A stretch of 63,665 nucleotides of DNA, filler included, from Octopus bimaculoides (GCF_001194135.2; 6 parts of 5 records of this genome joined end to end with filler, not necessarily neighbours in it), one strand, 5' to 3'; counted from the first letter of the whole stretch, positions 38,876 to 50,759 are shown. The notes: a model not told the origin generated them from the sequence alone. Translations and numbers: made by a program.

Positions 38876-40429
38876 ACACACGTAATTCAAAGGGTACATC
38901 AAAAGATGCGACACGTTATCAGATGTGGTATGGGCGAGGTTGATCAGTTCTACATTCAACCCCTACCTTTAATATGCTTAGAAAAGTCTTCATTACTCCA
39001 AATAGACTAGAATACAATGTTCGGGCACTATATATAGAAGAGGAGTACAGAAAACATAGTCGGTATTAATGCTTTATACAATATACACGTCTTTCGTGAG
39101 GTTAGCAGACATCAGTTATATGAGCATAAATCCCAGCTACGTGAACAAGTACCGCAGGGTCCTTTCATCATGAAACACGTGCACGTTATATAAAGCATTA
39201 GTACGTTTCCTATACTCCTTGTGTGTATGCGTGTACGTGTGTGTGTGAGAGAGTACGGGCGCGCGTGTGTATATTTTATTTTTTACTTGTCTCAGTCATT
39301 AGACCGCAGCCATGCTGGGGCACCACCTTTTATGTATGTATGTATGCATGTATGTCAATTGGTTGACTTTCTGATGTCTGGTTGAGTAAGAGGGCGCTAC
39401 GGCGAGCATGGAAACCGCGGGCACAAACCCGAGTGAAGGCGATGGCGAGTACAGAATACGAGTATACTGATGCTTTGCATGAGCAATTGTCAGTGATGGT
39501 CTTCCTCGGTCATGAGCGGACAGCAATCATGTATGTATGTATGTATGTATGTATGTATGTATGTATGAATGAATGTATGTATGTATGTATGCATGCATGC
39601 ATGTATGTATGTTTGTGGTGTGTGTGTGTGTATATTTGTGTACATAGTTGGAAATACTTTAAAGTACCACTATGTTTTAAACCACAAGAAGGAATTAAAT
39701 ATTTCCTAACATCTAAAAGAGACTTAACTCAATGAATAGAAATGATAATATGAGTACCAGATTAAGTACTGAGCTGCTATCCTTGATTAAAACCCTTAAA
39801 CGATGTCGGTGCTCTAGTTTGGCCGCAATTCAGTGACTGAAACTACAATAAATGAATAAAACAAAAATCTAATTAGAGTCTAACCTAGAAAGAAAAGAAA
39901 AGAGAAAGAAATCATGCTTCCTGTTTCAACAGTGAAATAGGAGGCATAGAAATAGAAGCCAAACTTTCCGTCAAATTACACCATCTTACAGTTCTTAAAT
40001 GAAGCACGGCACAATAGTGTAGTGTCGTCCTAGATATACGATGCTCATAAGTTGATGAGAAGGTCACGGCTGATCATGCCTTTGATCAGAAAATCTATCC
40101 TGTCTACATGATCAATAACAGCAGCAGCAGCAAAGCCTGTGAGATATGTGAAGTCACGACAATGAGTTTGCAATAGATGCACATATCCATTGTATAAAGT
40201 AATGTAAAAATCTAAGCTGAGTGTGCATAAATTAATTAATCGTTTATTAAGTAATTTACTAATGATGCTGTATGACAATACTTCTTTTATATAATGAAAT
40301 ACTTAGGATGATACTCAGCAATATTTCTTAGCATCTTAATTCATACAGATGTATGTATATAAGACTTTATATATTTTTCTTCTTTTTATTTATTGGCTTT
40401 CTTCTTAGATTAAAGGAGCATAATTTCTA

Positions 40430-40860
40430 ACGAAGAAACAAAAGTGCCTTCCCTGAATTTTGGGTAGCAACAACGATAATTGTTTAAGAAAGTCTTCTAT
40501 ATTTTTATTGTTCCACTTACAGATGACGTCTGTAAAGTTCGTGTTAACGAGTCTCTTTCATTGCTTGGAAATCTTAGCTTCTCCATATTGAGGTTTAGAC
40601 ACTTAATAACGTAACCAAGTGCCTCAATTATTACTGGTACTAATATAAATTTATAATCCGGGAAGAGGATTTGAAGGCTTCGGAGCAGCAAAGCTATTCT
40701 CCTTCTCGCTGATTTTGGAAGATATGTTCACATCTGCAGGGCAACTAACTTGTGTGAGAATACATGACTTTTCTTTTCTGTCCCAAATAACTGTCAGGTT
40801 ATACTTGCATCTGGTAAAAATTTTGAACAAATGTTCCACCAAGCTTCCATATGTAAGTGT
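40430..40860 (-). mobile_element. R4/Dong-like non-LTR retrotransposon, RLE domain and 3' end
   Basis: VIWDRKEKSCILTQVSCPADVNISSKISEKEN and LLRSLQILFPDYKFILVPVIIEALG...SVSGTIKI. Confidence 0.75.
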
Positions 40861-40864
40861 GGAT

Positions 40865-41290
40865 GATTGCATGTATGTATGCATGCATGTATGTATGTAT
40901 GTATGTATGTATGTATGTATGTATGTATGTATGTATGTATGTATTATGTATATATATATGGATGGATTGATGAATGGATGGATGGATGCACGCATGTATG
41001 TCTGTGTATATATGTATGTGTATGCCTGCATGTATTATGTATGCATGTAGGTATGTGTGTGTGTGTGTGTGTGGTTGGCTGGCTGACTGGTTGGTCGGAT
41101 GGATAGAAGTATGGATGCAAGCATGTATGTCTGTGTATGTATCTGTGTATATCTGCATATATGTGTGTGCGCATGTATGTATGTATGTATGTATGTATGT
41201 ATGTATGCATGCATGTTGCATGGGTATGTATGTAAGCATGCATGTATATGCGTGTACATGTTCGTATGTACGTATATATGTATGTATGAT
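40865..41290. repeat. Compound (TACA)n/(TGGA)n/(TG)n microsatellite block
   Basis: Direct reading. It accounts for the M/Y/V/C-rich ORFs here. Confidence 0.95.
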
Positions 41291-41742
41291 ATCTATCCAT
41301 CGTTTATTTGAGTGGTCTCGTTGGTGGAGGAAAATTGCAGGTTTGGAGAGGGAAACTCACCCTATTATGAGAAGTAAGGGAAAAAGACATGCGTGCAGAT
41401 TAATCTCTATCCTCTCCAATGAAACGTTTAACATGGTCTGTCTCAGCCGAATGCTGTGCGTCGAAGATTACTACTGACAGTCCTCAAGGGGTCCAAAAAT
41501 GAAAGGGGTGGTCACGATCTGATACAAGGAATAGTCATAAAGAAGCAAGAAGATAAGCTAATGTATGTGTGTTTCTATGCATAGAAGTATATGCATGTGT
41601 GTGTGTGTGTGTGTGTGTGTNNNNNNNNNNNNNNNNNNNNNNNNNNNNNNNNNNNNNNNNNNNNTTAATTAATTAANNNNNNNNNNNNNNNNNNNNNNNN
41701 NNNNNNNNNNNNNNNNNNNNATATATATATATATATATATAT

Positions 41743-41932
41743 ATAAATAAGGATGCGAAATAGCACCGATATGTGCTAGAAATAAGAGCTAAAAAATTTA
41801 ACTCGAATACCACACAAAATCACTAACATCATGAGATGTTCATGAGGTTAGTAATTTTGTGTGGCTATTCAAGTTATATTTTTTAGCTCTTATTTCTAGC
41901 AATCGTAGGTGCTAATTTGCACCCTTATTTAT
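41743..41932. repeat. ~190-bp imperfect palindrome (MITE-like hairpin)
   Basis: ataaataagg/ccttatttat, gctagaaataagagctaaaaaa/ttttttagctcttatttctagc, ccacacaaaat/attttgtgtgg, tcatga loop tcatga. Confidence 0.85.
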
Positions 41933-42097
41933 GTATTCTACCTTTTGGATTTTTAATTGCTTTAGCCACCTGTATTATAACGTATTTAATATATCATGAT
42001 ATTAATTTATAGTTATAATATCTTATTGTATGTTTATATCTATCTATCTATCTATATATCAAACATATATTAAAAACAAACAGAACATAAAGGATAT

Positions 42098-42197
42098 CGT
42101 GGTTCACGTGTTTCAAGCTTTATAAACAATCTGTTATTACATTAGCATAGGTATATTATTAATATAAAAGATGGTGTAAAGCTCTCCTCAGCGGCAA
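42098..42197 (-). ncRNA. Degenerate type I hammerhead-like motif (paralogue of 27333-27416)
   Basis: tgccg-CTGAGGA-g-agcttta...taaagct-t-GAAA-cacgtg-a-a-ccacg. Position 16.1 is A instead of U. Confidence 0.5.
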
Positions 42198-42639
42198 ACA
42201 TTGTTAGTCCAAAGATTACATCACAAAAGAAAAAGTACACGTCGTATTACCTATTACAATAGGTTTATCGCATCCGTTTGAAAAGGTATATTTGTATAAA
42301 AGTTCGTTGAATTTCAAAAATCTTCCCATACTGTACCACTATTCAGTATAGAGTGAATGTTAAATAGATTGGATTGAGTTTATATTTAAGTAGCGTGTAT
42401 ACGATAGAAAGAAAAGTTAAAAAGTAAAAAATAAAGTAAAAGTCACAGAAGTAAAAACAAGAGTAATAAAAGTAAAAATAAGAATAATAAAGCTAGATAC
42501 ACCTATAGATAAGATTTAGCAAAATTGAAATTAAGTAACAAACGAAATAAAAACATAAGAGATAAAGAGATACAATACTATAGAGCTGAGAACAGGACAT
42601 TGGCTTGGATGAGATGGTAAGGGTCACAAATAATTTCTT

Positions 42640-43676
42640 AGCTTCACCACTCATTGAATTAGATCAGGCCTCCAAATAAAATATATGAGATAGACGAAAG
42701 ATGGAAAGGATACTGGGAGCTGGCCACGGATTTGGGAAGTCTAGCAATTTTTCCACTTATAAAAACAACAAAAAGACCAGACTTAGTCATATGGGACACA
42801 GAACAGAGAATAGGAATCTTGCTAGAACTGACAGTACCATGGGAAGAAAACATCGACAATGCAGAGAAACGAAAGGAGAAGAGATATGAAAAACTAATCG
42901 AAGAGTGCAGAGAACAGGGATGGACTGTCGAGTACTACCATCTGGCAGTGGGGGCTAGAGGCTTCATTGAAAGAAAAATGACAACGCTATTCAAGAGAAG
43001 ATTTGCGTTTTCAANNNNNNNNNNNNNNNNNNNNNNNNNNNNNNNNNNNNNNNNNNNNNNNNNNNNNNNNNNNNNNNNNNNNNNNNNNNNNNNNNNNNNN
43101 NNNNNNNNNNNNNNNNNNNNNNNNNNNNNNNNNNNNNNNNNNNNNNNNNNNNNNNNNNNNNNNNNNNNNNNNNNNNNNNNNNNNNNNNNNNNNNNNNNNN
43201 NNNNNNNNNNNNNNNNNNNNNNNNNNNNNNNNNNNNNNNNNNNNNNNNNNNNNNNNNNNNNNNNNNNNNNNNNNNNNNNNNNNNNNNNNNNNNNNNNNNT
43301 AGACAGTGTCACGTGACAACTAGCTGGGGCTGCCTGCTGGAGCCTAGCAGCAGATATAAAAAGGGGAACTTGACATGACGATCAGTCGGACGCTGACACT
43401 CGTTGATGCTGCATCGAAGAGGCCAGGGAATAGAAGAAAGAAGACATGCACCCAACACCAGAGCTGAAGACACCTCCGAAAGGAGGGGCCCCGCCACGTC
43501 AAAACGGTAGAGGAGTAGGGGCCGAAACCGGACGTGGTTCCTCCTGATGATGTCTTCAGCTAACTGGATCCTATAAAGGAGCTGTTGTGGTAGCAGACCA
43601 CGAAACATGGTTGAAATTCCTCCTAAGGATGTAATTTGATATCATCGTGATGAATGGTTGGGTACATACACATACA
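42640..43676 (+). mobile_element. Hero-like (RLE-bearing) non-LTR retrotransposon, 5'-truncated: RLE domain, gap, 3' UTR, (CATA)n end
   Basis: WELATDLGSLAIFPLIKTTKRPDLVIWD...LLELTVPWEENIDNAEKRKEKRYEKL...AVGARGF matches the PD-(D/E)xK RLE of Hero-type elements (RPD, ELTVPWE, VGxRGF). The clade assignment rests on motif recall. Confidence 0.8.
43462..43561 (+). ncRNA. Putative non-circularly permuted hammerhead ribozyme with a four-way junction in place of helix II
   Basis: Full core: CUGAUGA 43544-50, GAA 43524-26, A15.1 43527, GUA triplet 43507-09. Stem I 43510-15/43538-43, stem III 43505-08/43527-30, plus four additional perfect helices. Confidence 0.7.
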
Positions 43677-43776
43677 TAGAAGTCATAGTATGTGCATATG
43701 TGTGAATACACACGCACTCATACAGATGCATACGTTAACATGCTCGAGCGTATATAAATAAGCCTCGTTACGCACA

Positions 43777-43821
<45 letters not shown>

Positions 43822-44499
43822 CATGTATATAAATAGATAGATAATTATTAAATATATGCTTGATAGAATAACTTGTATTACTTGTTCTGAGTCTCTGCGC
43901 ATTGAGTTCAAATTATGCCGAGATCATCTTTACCTTCCATCCTTTCAGAATTGCTAATCCAGGGCCGAAAATTGGTGGAATTGTCAGAGCATTTGATGGG
44001 ATGTCAAACGATATATGCTTCTGCTCTCCTCGTTCTGAAACCAACGTATCGGATAACATGAGTGTAAATTTGCATCGGTATTGCTTTCGTCCTGGACAAC
44101 ATCGGAAGCATAGAGAGGTGAGGCTTAGATGCATGGGCAGCTGCTATTCTTGCACAAAATCCTTACACAGGTTTCCACCATACATGAAGGCAAACTTTCC
44201 AGGTGCTGATACTCATTCGAATCAAAGCAACTGTTTACTCATTAGTCTATTTATCCCGCATCACCAACCTAGTATTTGACTCTGCGATATCTACATACAT
44301 ACATACATACATACACACACAATATACTATTCAGGCATATATGCACACATAACAAAAATAATATCATGAGTTTAGGTGAAGAACTCTGAAGTAAGTACAG
44401 CTGATCCATTTGAAAGAAAAGTAGATTAACTTATATAAGCAGAAAATTGAAGGGAAAATGTTCATATTAACGTAAGGTTACATACGGTCACATGCCGCG

Positions 44500-45100
44500 T
44501 AAGTTAGAGACTATCAGCAACACTGACGAGAATAGTAGCCTATCATTGACTTGCAATATACCCATCATATACACCTACAAGGTTACGCCTTTTCAGTCAA
44601 AGAACAGAAGACAGCTACTATGTACCTGATCATCAAGAGAGAAAAGAATACCTCTATATCTCCACAGTGTATCAGACCAATAAGAGAATATTGCCTACGC
44701 CATCGATACCTGCCCAGAATTGTTCGTAAATCCCTACAGGATTGTCGTAATAGCTATATCAAAGGCATGTCATAACCAGAATGTATCCATATCTTGAAAT
44801 TATAATATTGGAACATACCAACAAAGTATCGACCTGGTATATGCACAACAGGCCAAATATTCTTCTATGTGTCAGTGAACAAAAAGTATGCGCAGTTGTC
44901 CGAGTGGTGTCTCGCGTTAAAAATTGGGGAAAAAACGAACATCAGCAAATAACCAACGAGAAACACCTTTTATATTCAGGTTATAGATTTTTTATTTGTT
45001 TTGGATATTATAGATTCACTGGGGAACAAATCTGCTAAAAATGCTGGGGTCCTAAAAAAAACTCAAAAAACAAAACCAACGAGAACCGATTCTTATCCAC
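44500..45100 (+). mobile_element. R4/Dong-like LINE remnant (second copy)
   Basis: GYAFSVKEQKTATMYLIIKRE, YWNIP, HNRPNILL...KVCAVV and LLYSGYRF parallel the 40.4 and 47.2 kb copies. Confidence 0.6.
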
Positions 45101-45429
45101 CAAATTAGTGGAGTATGAGAATTAGAGAATTAGTTTGTAAAACATTCCAGAAATTTTCCATTTGGTGTTCATGGATTGAACCTATGCACATAATCACACG
45201 TACATCTGACAGACACACAGATACACATAAGCAGTAACAAAAGACACACACACAAGCAGTAACGAAACGCGAACACACAAGCACTTGTTTACTTAAGTGA
45301 TATGCATGCTGACTATATAGATGCAAGTTTAACCACGCACGCATCTACACGTATGCATGCATTAACTAACTCACATATTCACAAACCTCCGAAAGCTGTC
45401 TTCACTTAAACAAAGAGCACTGTAACCAG

Positions 45430-46600
45430 CTGGATGTTTACCAAGGATCACCATCACGATGTTCTTTCTGTCCTGTTTTAATCCTGCTCCCTTCTTCATA
45501 TCTATCCACATGTCTTGGTTTCCTTTTCCTTTTTTGGCCATTCATCTTACATTCTGATAGACAGTCTATAGTCTTCCCAATTTTACTCTCCTTTATGCCT
45601 TAGTATAACCTATAAAGTATGTGTAAACATCTTGATATATATCTAGAGCTATTAATTATATGGTTCTTTGGCTAAATATTCCTTCACGTGTTCTCTTCTG
45701 TTTTTCCATTTATTCTTTTGCTGCACTTTCTTGGATGAATCTTTTTGGCAGTAGTCGATTTACAAGATTCTATAGGTGTTAAGCTGTCGATATTGTTTGA
45801 ATCGATAGAGCAAATAGTCCATTATTCATGTTAATAGTGTGAACCACGAAAATAGAGCAGCCTTGAAACCGAGCATCACCGGTGAATTATTTGATCTATT
45901 AATATAAACAACATTGATTTGACAAACCAAGAACAACTCAGTTCTTCTGTTTTTTGCTAATTGTCAACTGAGAGCTATTACCCAGTTCATATTAGCTGTA
46001 GTTGAAACGTATTTATCTTTTGGAATGATAAGCCTAAAAATCAGCTCAGTTTGTTGGGGCAAAGTTTCTTTGGATATTTGAAATCTGCCGTTAGCAGATG
46101 GCTGCTTCTATTGACTGTCAACGTTTGTTCAGAACGAGTCAACATTATCTTTTAGTTTCCAACGATTTTATAGTATATCTATTTTAATTTCACGATTTAC
46201 TTCGTTGTTAGCTGAATTGAGTGACATATCTTGAAATATAATACGATGGTGTAGCGTGTTAGAAATATTCGTGTATGTACAGAGGAGTCAAAACATTTAT
46301 TTCAATGTAGTAACTTTTCGGGATGATATATGTGTTGCAACTAATCTCTTATATATTGAATATTCCTGGCTAGAAACCTTTGACCGATACCTTAGACAGT
46401 TATCTGAGACCATATGGCACTCAGTTAAAATTTGTTGCAAATTTCACACCTTACAAATATTGAACCATAATATAATGACATTTACAAACAAGTCACATAA
46501 AGAAATAGCACATTCATTTCGTTGAAGGAGTTTAGGAATTACAGCAGGATAAAATGTTGTGATTAGTGAGAAAAAGCAGATCAGTTTAAAAAAGTAATTC
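45430..46600 (-). mobile_element. Old RTE-like LINE remnant (RT C-terminal part)
   Basis: Degraded motifs WTICSIDSNNIDSL and GKGNQDMWIDMKK resemble RTE WTLxxxDxxRI and RGRPxxxWxDxxK. Confidence 0.4.
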
Positions 46601-47169
46601 CAAGAAATAAAACAATGTAAGAATAGAAACAACTTCTTGTGGATTATTTGAAAGAGTTACAAGAAAAATGTCTTGCGTGATTAATATCTATGCACAAACA
46701 TACACATACACACGCACACATGTACACACACGCTCACACATTACATGTTTATTCATGCATACACACGCACAGACAAAAATACATTCACATATGCATAAAA
46801 TATACATATAATAAAATCTTCACGTTAGCCAGTAAGGGTGATTCTACGTGACTACGCAACTTTGAAATAACAGTCAAATCATCATCTAATCCCGCACAGC
46901 TATATTAAAAAAGAGAAGGACATGTAGTAAATGTGATAAGACTCTTTGATATGGTCAAAATAGTTGCTAGAATTTGTAAATATTTGGATGAGTCAGTGTA
47001 TATGAGTTGATAAACTTACACTCGGGTAATATATGCTCAAACCACTTTAGTTCACAAGCGTATATTTTTCATTAAAGTTAAGTATGTACATGCTTGTATA
47101 CATCATATGCACTGGCAACTGTGGGCTCTTCTTAATTCAAAGAAACTTAAATGAAAAGTTCTTACAATT

Positions 47170-48330
47170 CTTTTTTAGATTTTCATGGTACCATTAATTG
47201 ATCGTACTAGAAGCATGCCAATAAATTTGCTACGTTCTTTCTTAATAAACGGAAACATTTCTTGGCTTTTGTGCAAATCTCTGTACTTAAGATGCAAATG
47301 AAAATCTATAGTCCGGATATAAGAGTATAAGTTTCTCATTAGTTCACCAAAAATGCTGTTTTCTTTAATTTTAGATACTTATTCGTTGGGCAGCTGACCT
47401 CAACAATAGTGCATAATCGTGGTTCCTTGTTTCATGGAACAATACCAAGCCTATCACATTTGAACCGGATTGCTGTTCTTATTGGAGTGTTCCACAAGTA
47501 TTTTTAACGCGGGTCAGGAATGCCTTAGGCATTCAAGTGAATTCTTCCATTGAAAAGCAACGTAAGTTGTTTTGGCAACAATGTCATGACACTTGCGAAG
47601 GAGTACCTTGCATATATTTTTGCACAATTACTGATATGTTTGGTAATCTCTATACTGATATGGAACAACCAACATTTTCTATCAAAACCTGAAGGTTTAG
47701 TGGCATCCTTATTTTTCTTATTCTTCTGATATTTAGCAGCTATCTCTTGTTTCTGGATAGTGAAGTGGGTCCAGGAGAAGCTAATCTTCCTGTCAATGCT
47801 TCTGGATTTCTGTAGCTTTCAGGATACCTACAGCGGTACAGTATTTTGATGATTTGATGAGTGTTTCACTTCCAGGTTTCTGTTTAGATAGGTCAGCCCT
47901 GTTACCCTTGGTTCACATGGAACAGTTGTACATTCACAGTATTTACTCAGAGGTTATTCAACTAATCTCATGATGTCATTACTTTCGATGTTGAGTGCAG
48001 ACATGACCAACTCACTTTTCGTTCATTGTTCAGTAAGTGTTATCTGAGTGATACGATGTGTCATCCAAATGCCTTCTACAGTGATTTCGTGTCGCTGCCT
48101 CTATTCCCCTGTTTAACATCAATCTTGTGAGTGTCACTGTCCACTTTTGCTGTTGAGTTTAATCTTCTTTTGACTTGATGTTCAAATTGCACGTCTTTAC
48201 AGGTGTACAATCGAATTTCCCTAAATGGTACCAGCACAGCTCTGTATGTAGACAGCTCTGACTTCCAAGTCTGCTCTAACAAATGCAACATGCAATGTTC
48301 TCATTAGCTCCATTCTATGCGTAACATCGA
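47170..48330 (-). mobile_element. R4/Dong-like LINE remnant (third, longest copy): thumb, CCHC knuckle, RLE
   Basis: KQGNRG, IQKQEIAAKY, DRKCWLF...KHISNCAK...CHDIVAK, YLWNTPIRTAI...LCTIVEVSCP, LLYPDYRF, SINGTMKI*. Confidence 0.7.
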
Positions 48331-49199
48331 TCAGTGGAATACTGTGGAGACATACAGGCTATTGAAATTATATTCGTCGTGTGGTTGACAAACTTTCTTT
48401 GAGTCATTACCAAATATGAGCATACTTGTGTGTATTTTCGTATATATTTATGTGTATATTTATGCGTGTTTTTGTAAGTATGTTGCTGTAAGTGATAATG
48501 ATGATGATGACGGTGGTAGTAAAGATGATATTGAAAGGAAGTATGAAATATGAAAGTGCAAATAATGTGAACGTAGTGATGTCAATGAAGCTAATAATGA
48601 TGATGGTGATGGTGATGATTGTAGTTGTGCCAGTCCGTTCTGGCGGCAAAGAAAAAAATTACAATTTCAGGATTTTAATGTTTGGTAGAACCGAGATGAT
48701 TGAAGTATTTATAGGTTCCTACAAGTTTTATTAATACAAGGAATTCATAAAATACATAGTATTAATAATATTGATAGCAACAATAATAATGTGCAAGCCT
48801 CATATTTGAATAAAAAAGCAAAAAATACACAGAAACGCACACATAAACACATGCATGCATATGTATATATATATGTGCATGTATAATCTATCAACGCACG
48901 TATATATTCACATATAGATAATATAGTTAATATTGGTATAGATAGACATATGCATTCACTCGCTATACAGTGATTTATAAAAACAGTCATACATAAGTTT
49001 GTATACCATCACTTATGCATAGTTAACAGGTATAGGTGACATATAGATACGGTACTAGAGTGGATTATCGACAGGTAAACTAGTGAATGGTTAAGGATTA
49101 AATTATCAAATAAATAAGATGCATGAATACAAGAATGAATGAATATATATAAGTGAAAGATGGGAAAAATTAACGCAAGTAGAAAAATCAAAAAGAAGT

Positions 49200-49900
49200 C
49201 TGCAGATAATTGAAGAAATAAAATTACAAAAGAGGAAGTCAAACCGTTTGGAGGAATCGTAAAGATTGAAGTGTTTGTAGCTCCATGTAGTCTTCTGAAC
49301 TCAAGATGTGATTCTGTTAGGAAGGTTATGTTTGGTGAATGCAAAGGATACACAGTTGGAAGTTTCCGTTGTTAGATTTTAGTGTGGATAGGATTTTCAG
49401 TCAGGGGGCGTATGATGTCTTTAGATTGCGTCTGCAGATTATTTAACGATGTATCTAAATAAGAATGTGAATAATGCTGTGATTCAAAAGGGTTGAGAAT
49501 GCCCTGCCTATATAAAATTTATAAAAGGTGTTGACAATACATTTGCTGACAATGTCCTTCGATAAGTGGTTATTATCGAAAGGACAATTATTCGCACTCG
49601 TGCAATAACCGATTTTTGCTTTGTGGAGGTTAAATGTAACTAAATTCTGGTCAATTTTACGTGTGATGAAAAATATGATTTTGATCGTATTTTTCTTGAG
49701 AAACCTATAGTACTTATAGTTTGTAAGGAAATGTTTTCTAAGTGAAACAAAGAAGTTTTAGAATTGCGGATGTCTACATGAATATGGTATCGAAGTATGA
49801 ACTGTCTAATGTTCTCATTTCTGTTGCCGTTTCGGCGTCTTTGTGGTGTTAGCATGAGATTTACGTCAGAGATATTTCTTCATAGCTAATGCTAAATAAT
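49200..49900 (-). mobile_element. Penelope-like element remnant (thumb + GIY-YIG)
   Basis: KHFLTNYKYYRFLKKNTIKI and CTSANNCPFDNNHLSKDIVSKCIVNTFYKFYIG. Confidence 0.7.
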
Positions 49901-50136
49901 ATAACAATTTAGTAAGTTACTGCTTCAGTCGATATTCGTTTATTGACAGAATGATAAGATAGTCTAAGGGAATTACTAGACGCAAAGTGGCGGTGTAGAT
50001 TTCGATGTTTTTTTCTTTTTTTCTTTTTTTTGGAGTACATGTTAACGTAGTTCAGTAATTCAGAAATTCTGTCAGAACTTTGTACAGAAATATACATGTA
50101 CTTGAATATCAGTACATATATGTCCTTGAATGCCAA

Positions 50137-50185
<49 letters not shown>

Positions 50186-50194
50186 GTCTATCTG

Positions 50195-50229
<35 letters not shown>

Positions 50230-50456
50230 GTCTATGTATCTGCGTGTCTGCCTGTCTGTATGTCTGCCTGTCTGTATGTCTGCCTGTCTGTCTGTCTGTC
50301 TGTCTGTCTGTATGCATGTATATATGTATGTATGTATGTCTACATATATACAAACATATATACAAACACACACGCATGCATATATCACGGAGATGCACTT
50401 GCATAGCAAGTGCCTCGACCTGAGATCATGTGCTGAAACACAAACAATTGCAGCAT

Positions 50457-50753
50457 GGAAGGTGATAATAAGCCATTTAAAAACACAAAAACCGTTAGAT
50501 TCACTTCAACATTTAAATTTAATTGCTGTCAAAATATTTTCGTCTCTTTGAAACCGCCACCTGTTCACCGACAAAACTTCGTTCACCGACAAAACTTCGT
50601 TCACTGACAAAACGGCAGATGCAGCGCGAGGTTTTGTCAGTAAACAGGCTGCGGTTTCAAAGCGACGAAAATATTTTGACACAAATTAAATTTAAATGTT
50701 GAGTGAATCTAATGTTTTTTTTTGTGTTTTAAAATGTCTTATAAACACCTTCC
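50457..50753. repeat. ~300-bp palindromic MITE-like element with an internal 18-bp tandem repeat
   Basis: The arms ggaaggtg...gaaaccgc and gcggtttc...caccttcc are reverse complements. gttcaccgacaaaacttc occurs about 2.8 times at 50563-50613. Confidence 0.85.
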
Positions 50754-50759
50754 ACGATA

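Noticed and set aside
43578-43615. Second hammerhead-like string (ctgttgtggt...accacgaaacatgg) after the permuted ribozyme
   Set aside because: The core has two or more non-canonical bases and no stem I. It is probably just a hairpin.
47375-47500. Plus-strand exon candidate with a strong acceptor
   Set aside because: The opposite strand encodes the RLE domain of the R4-like LINE, which explains the open frame.
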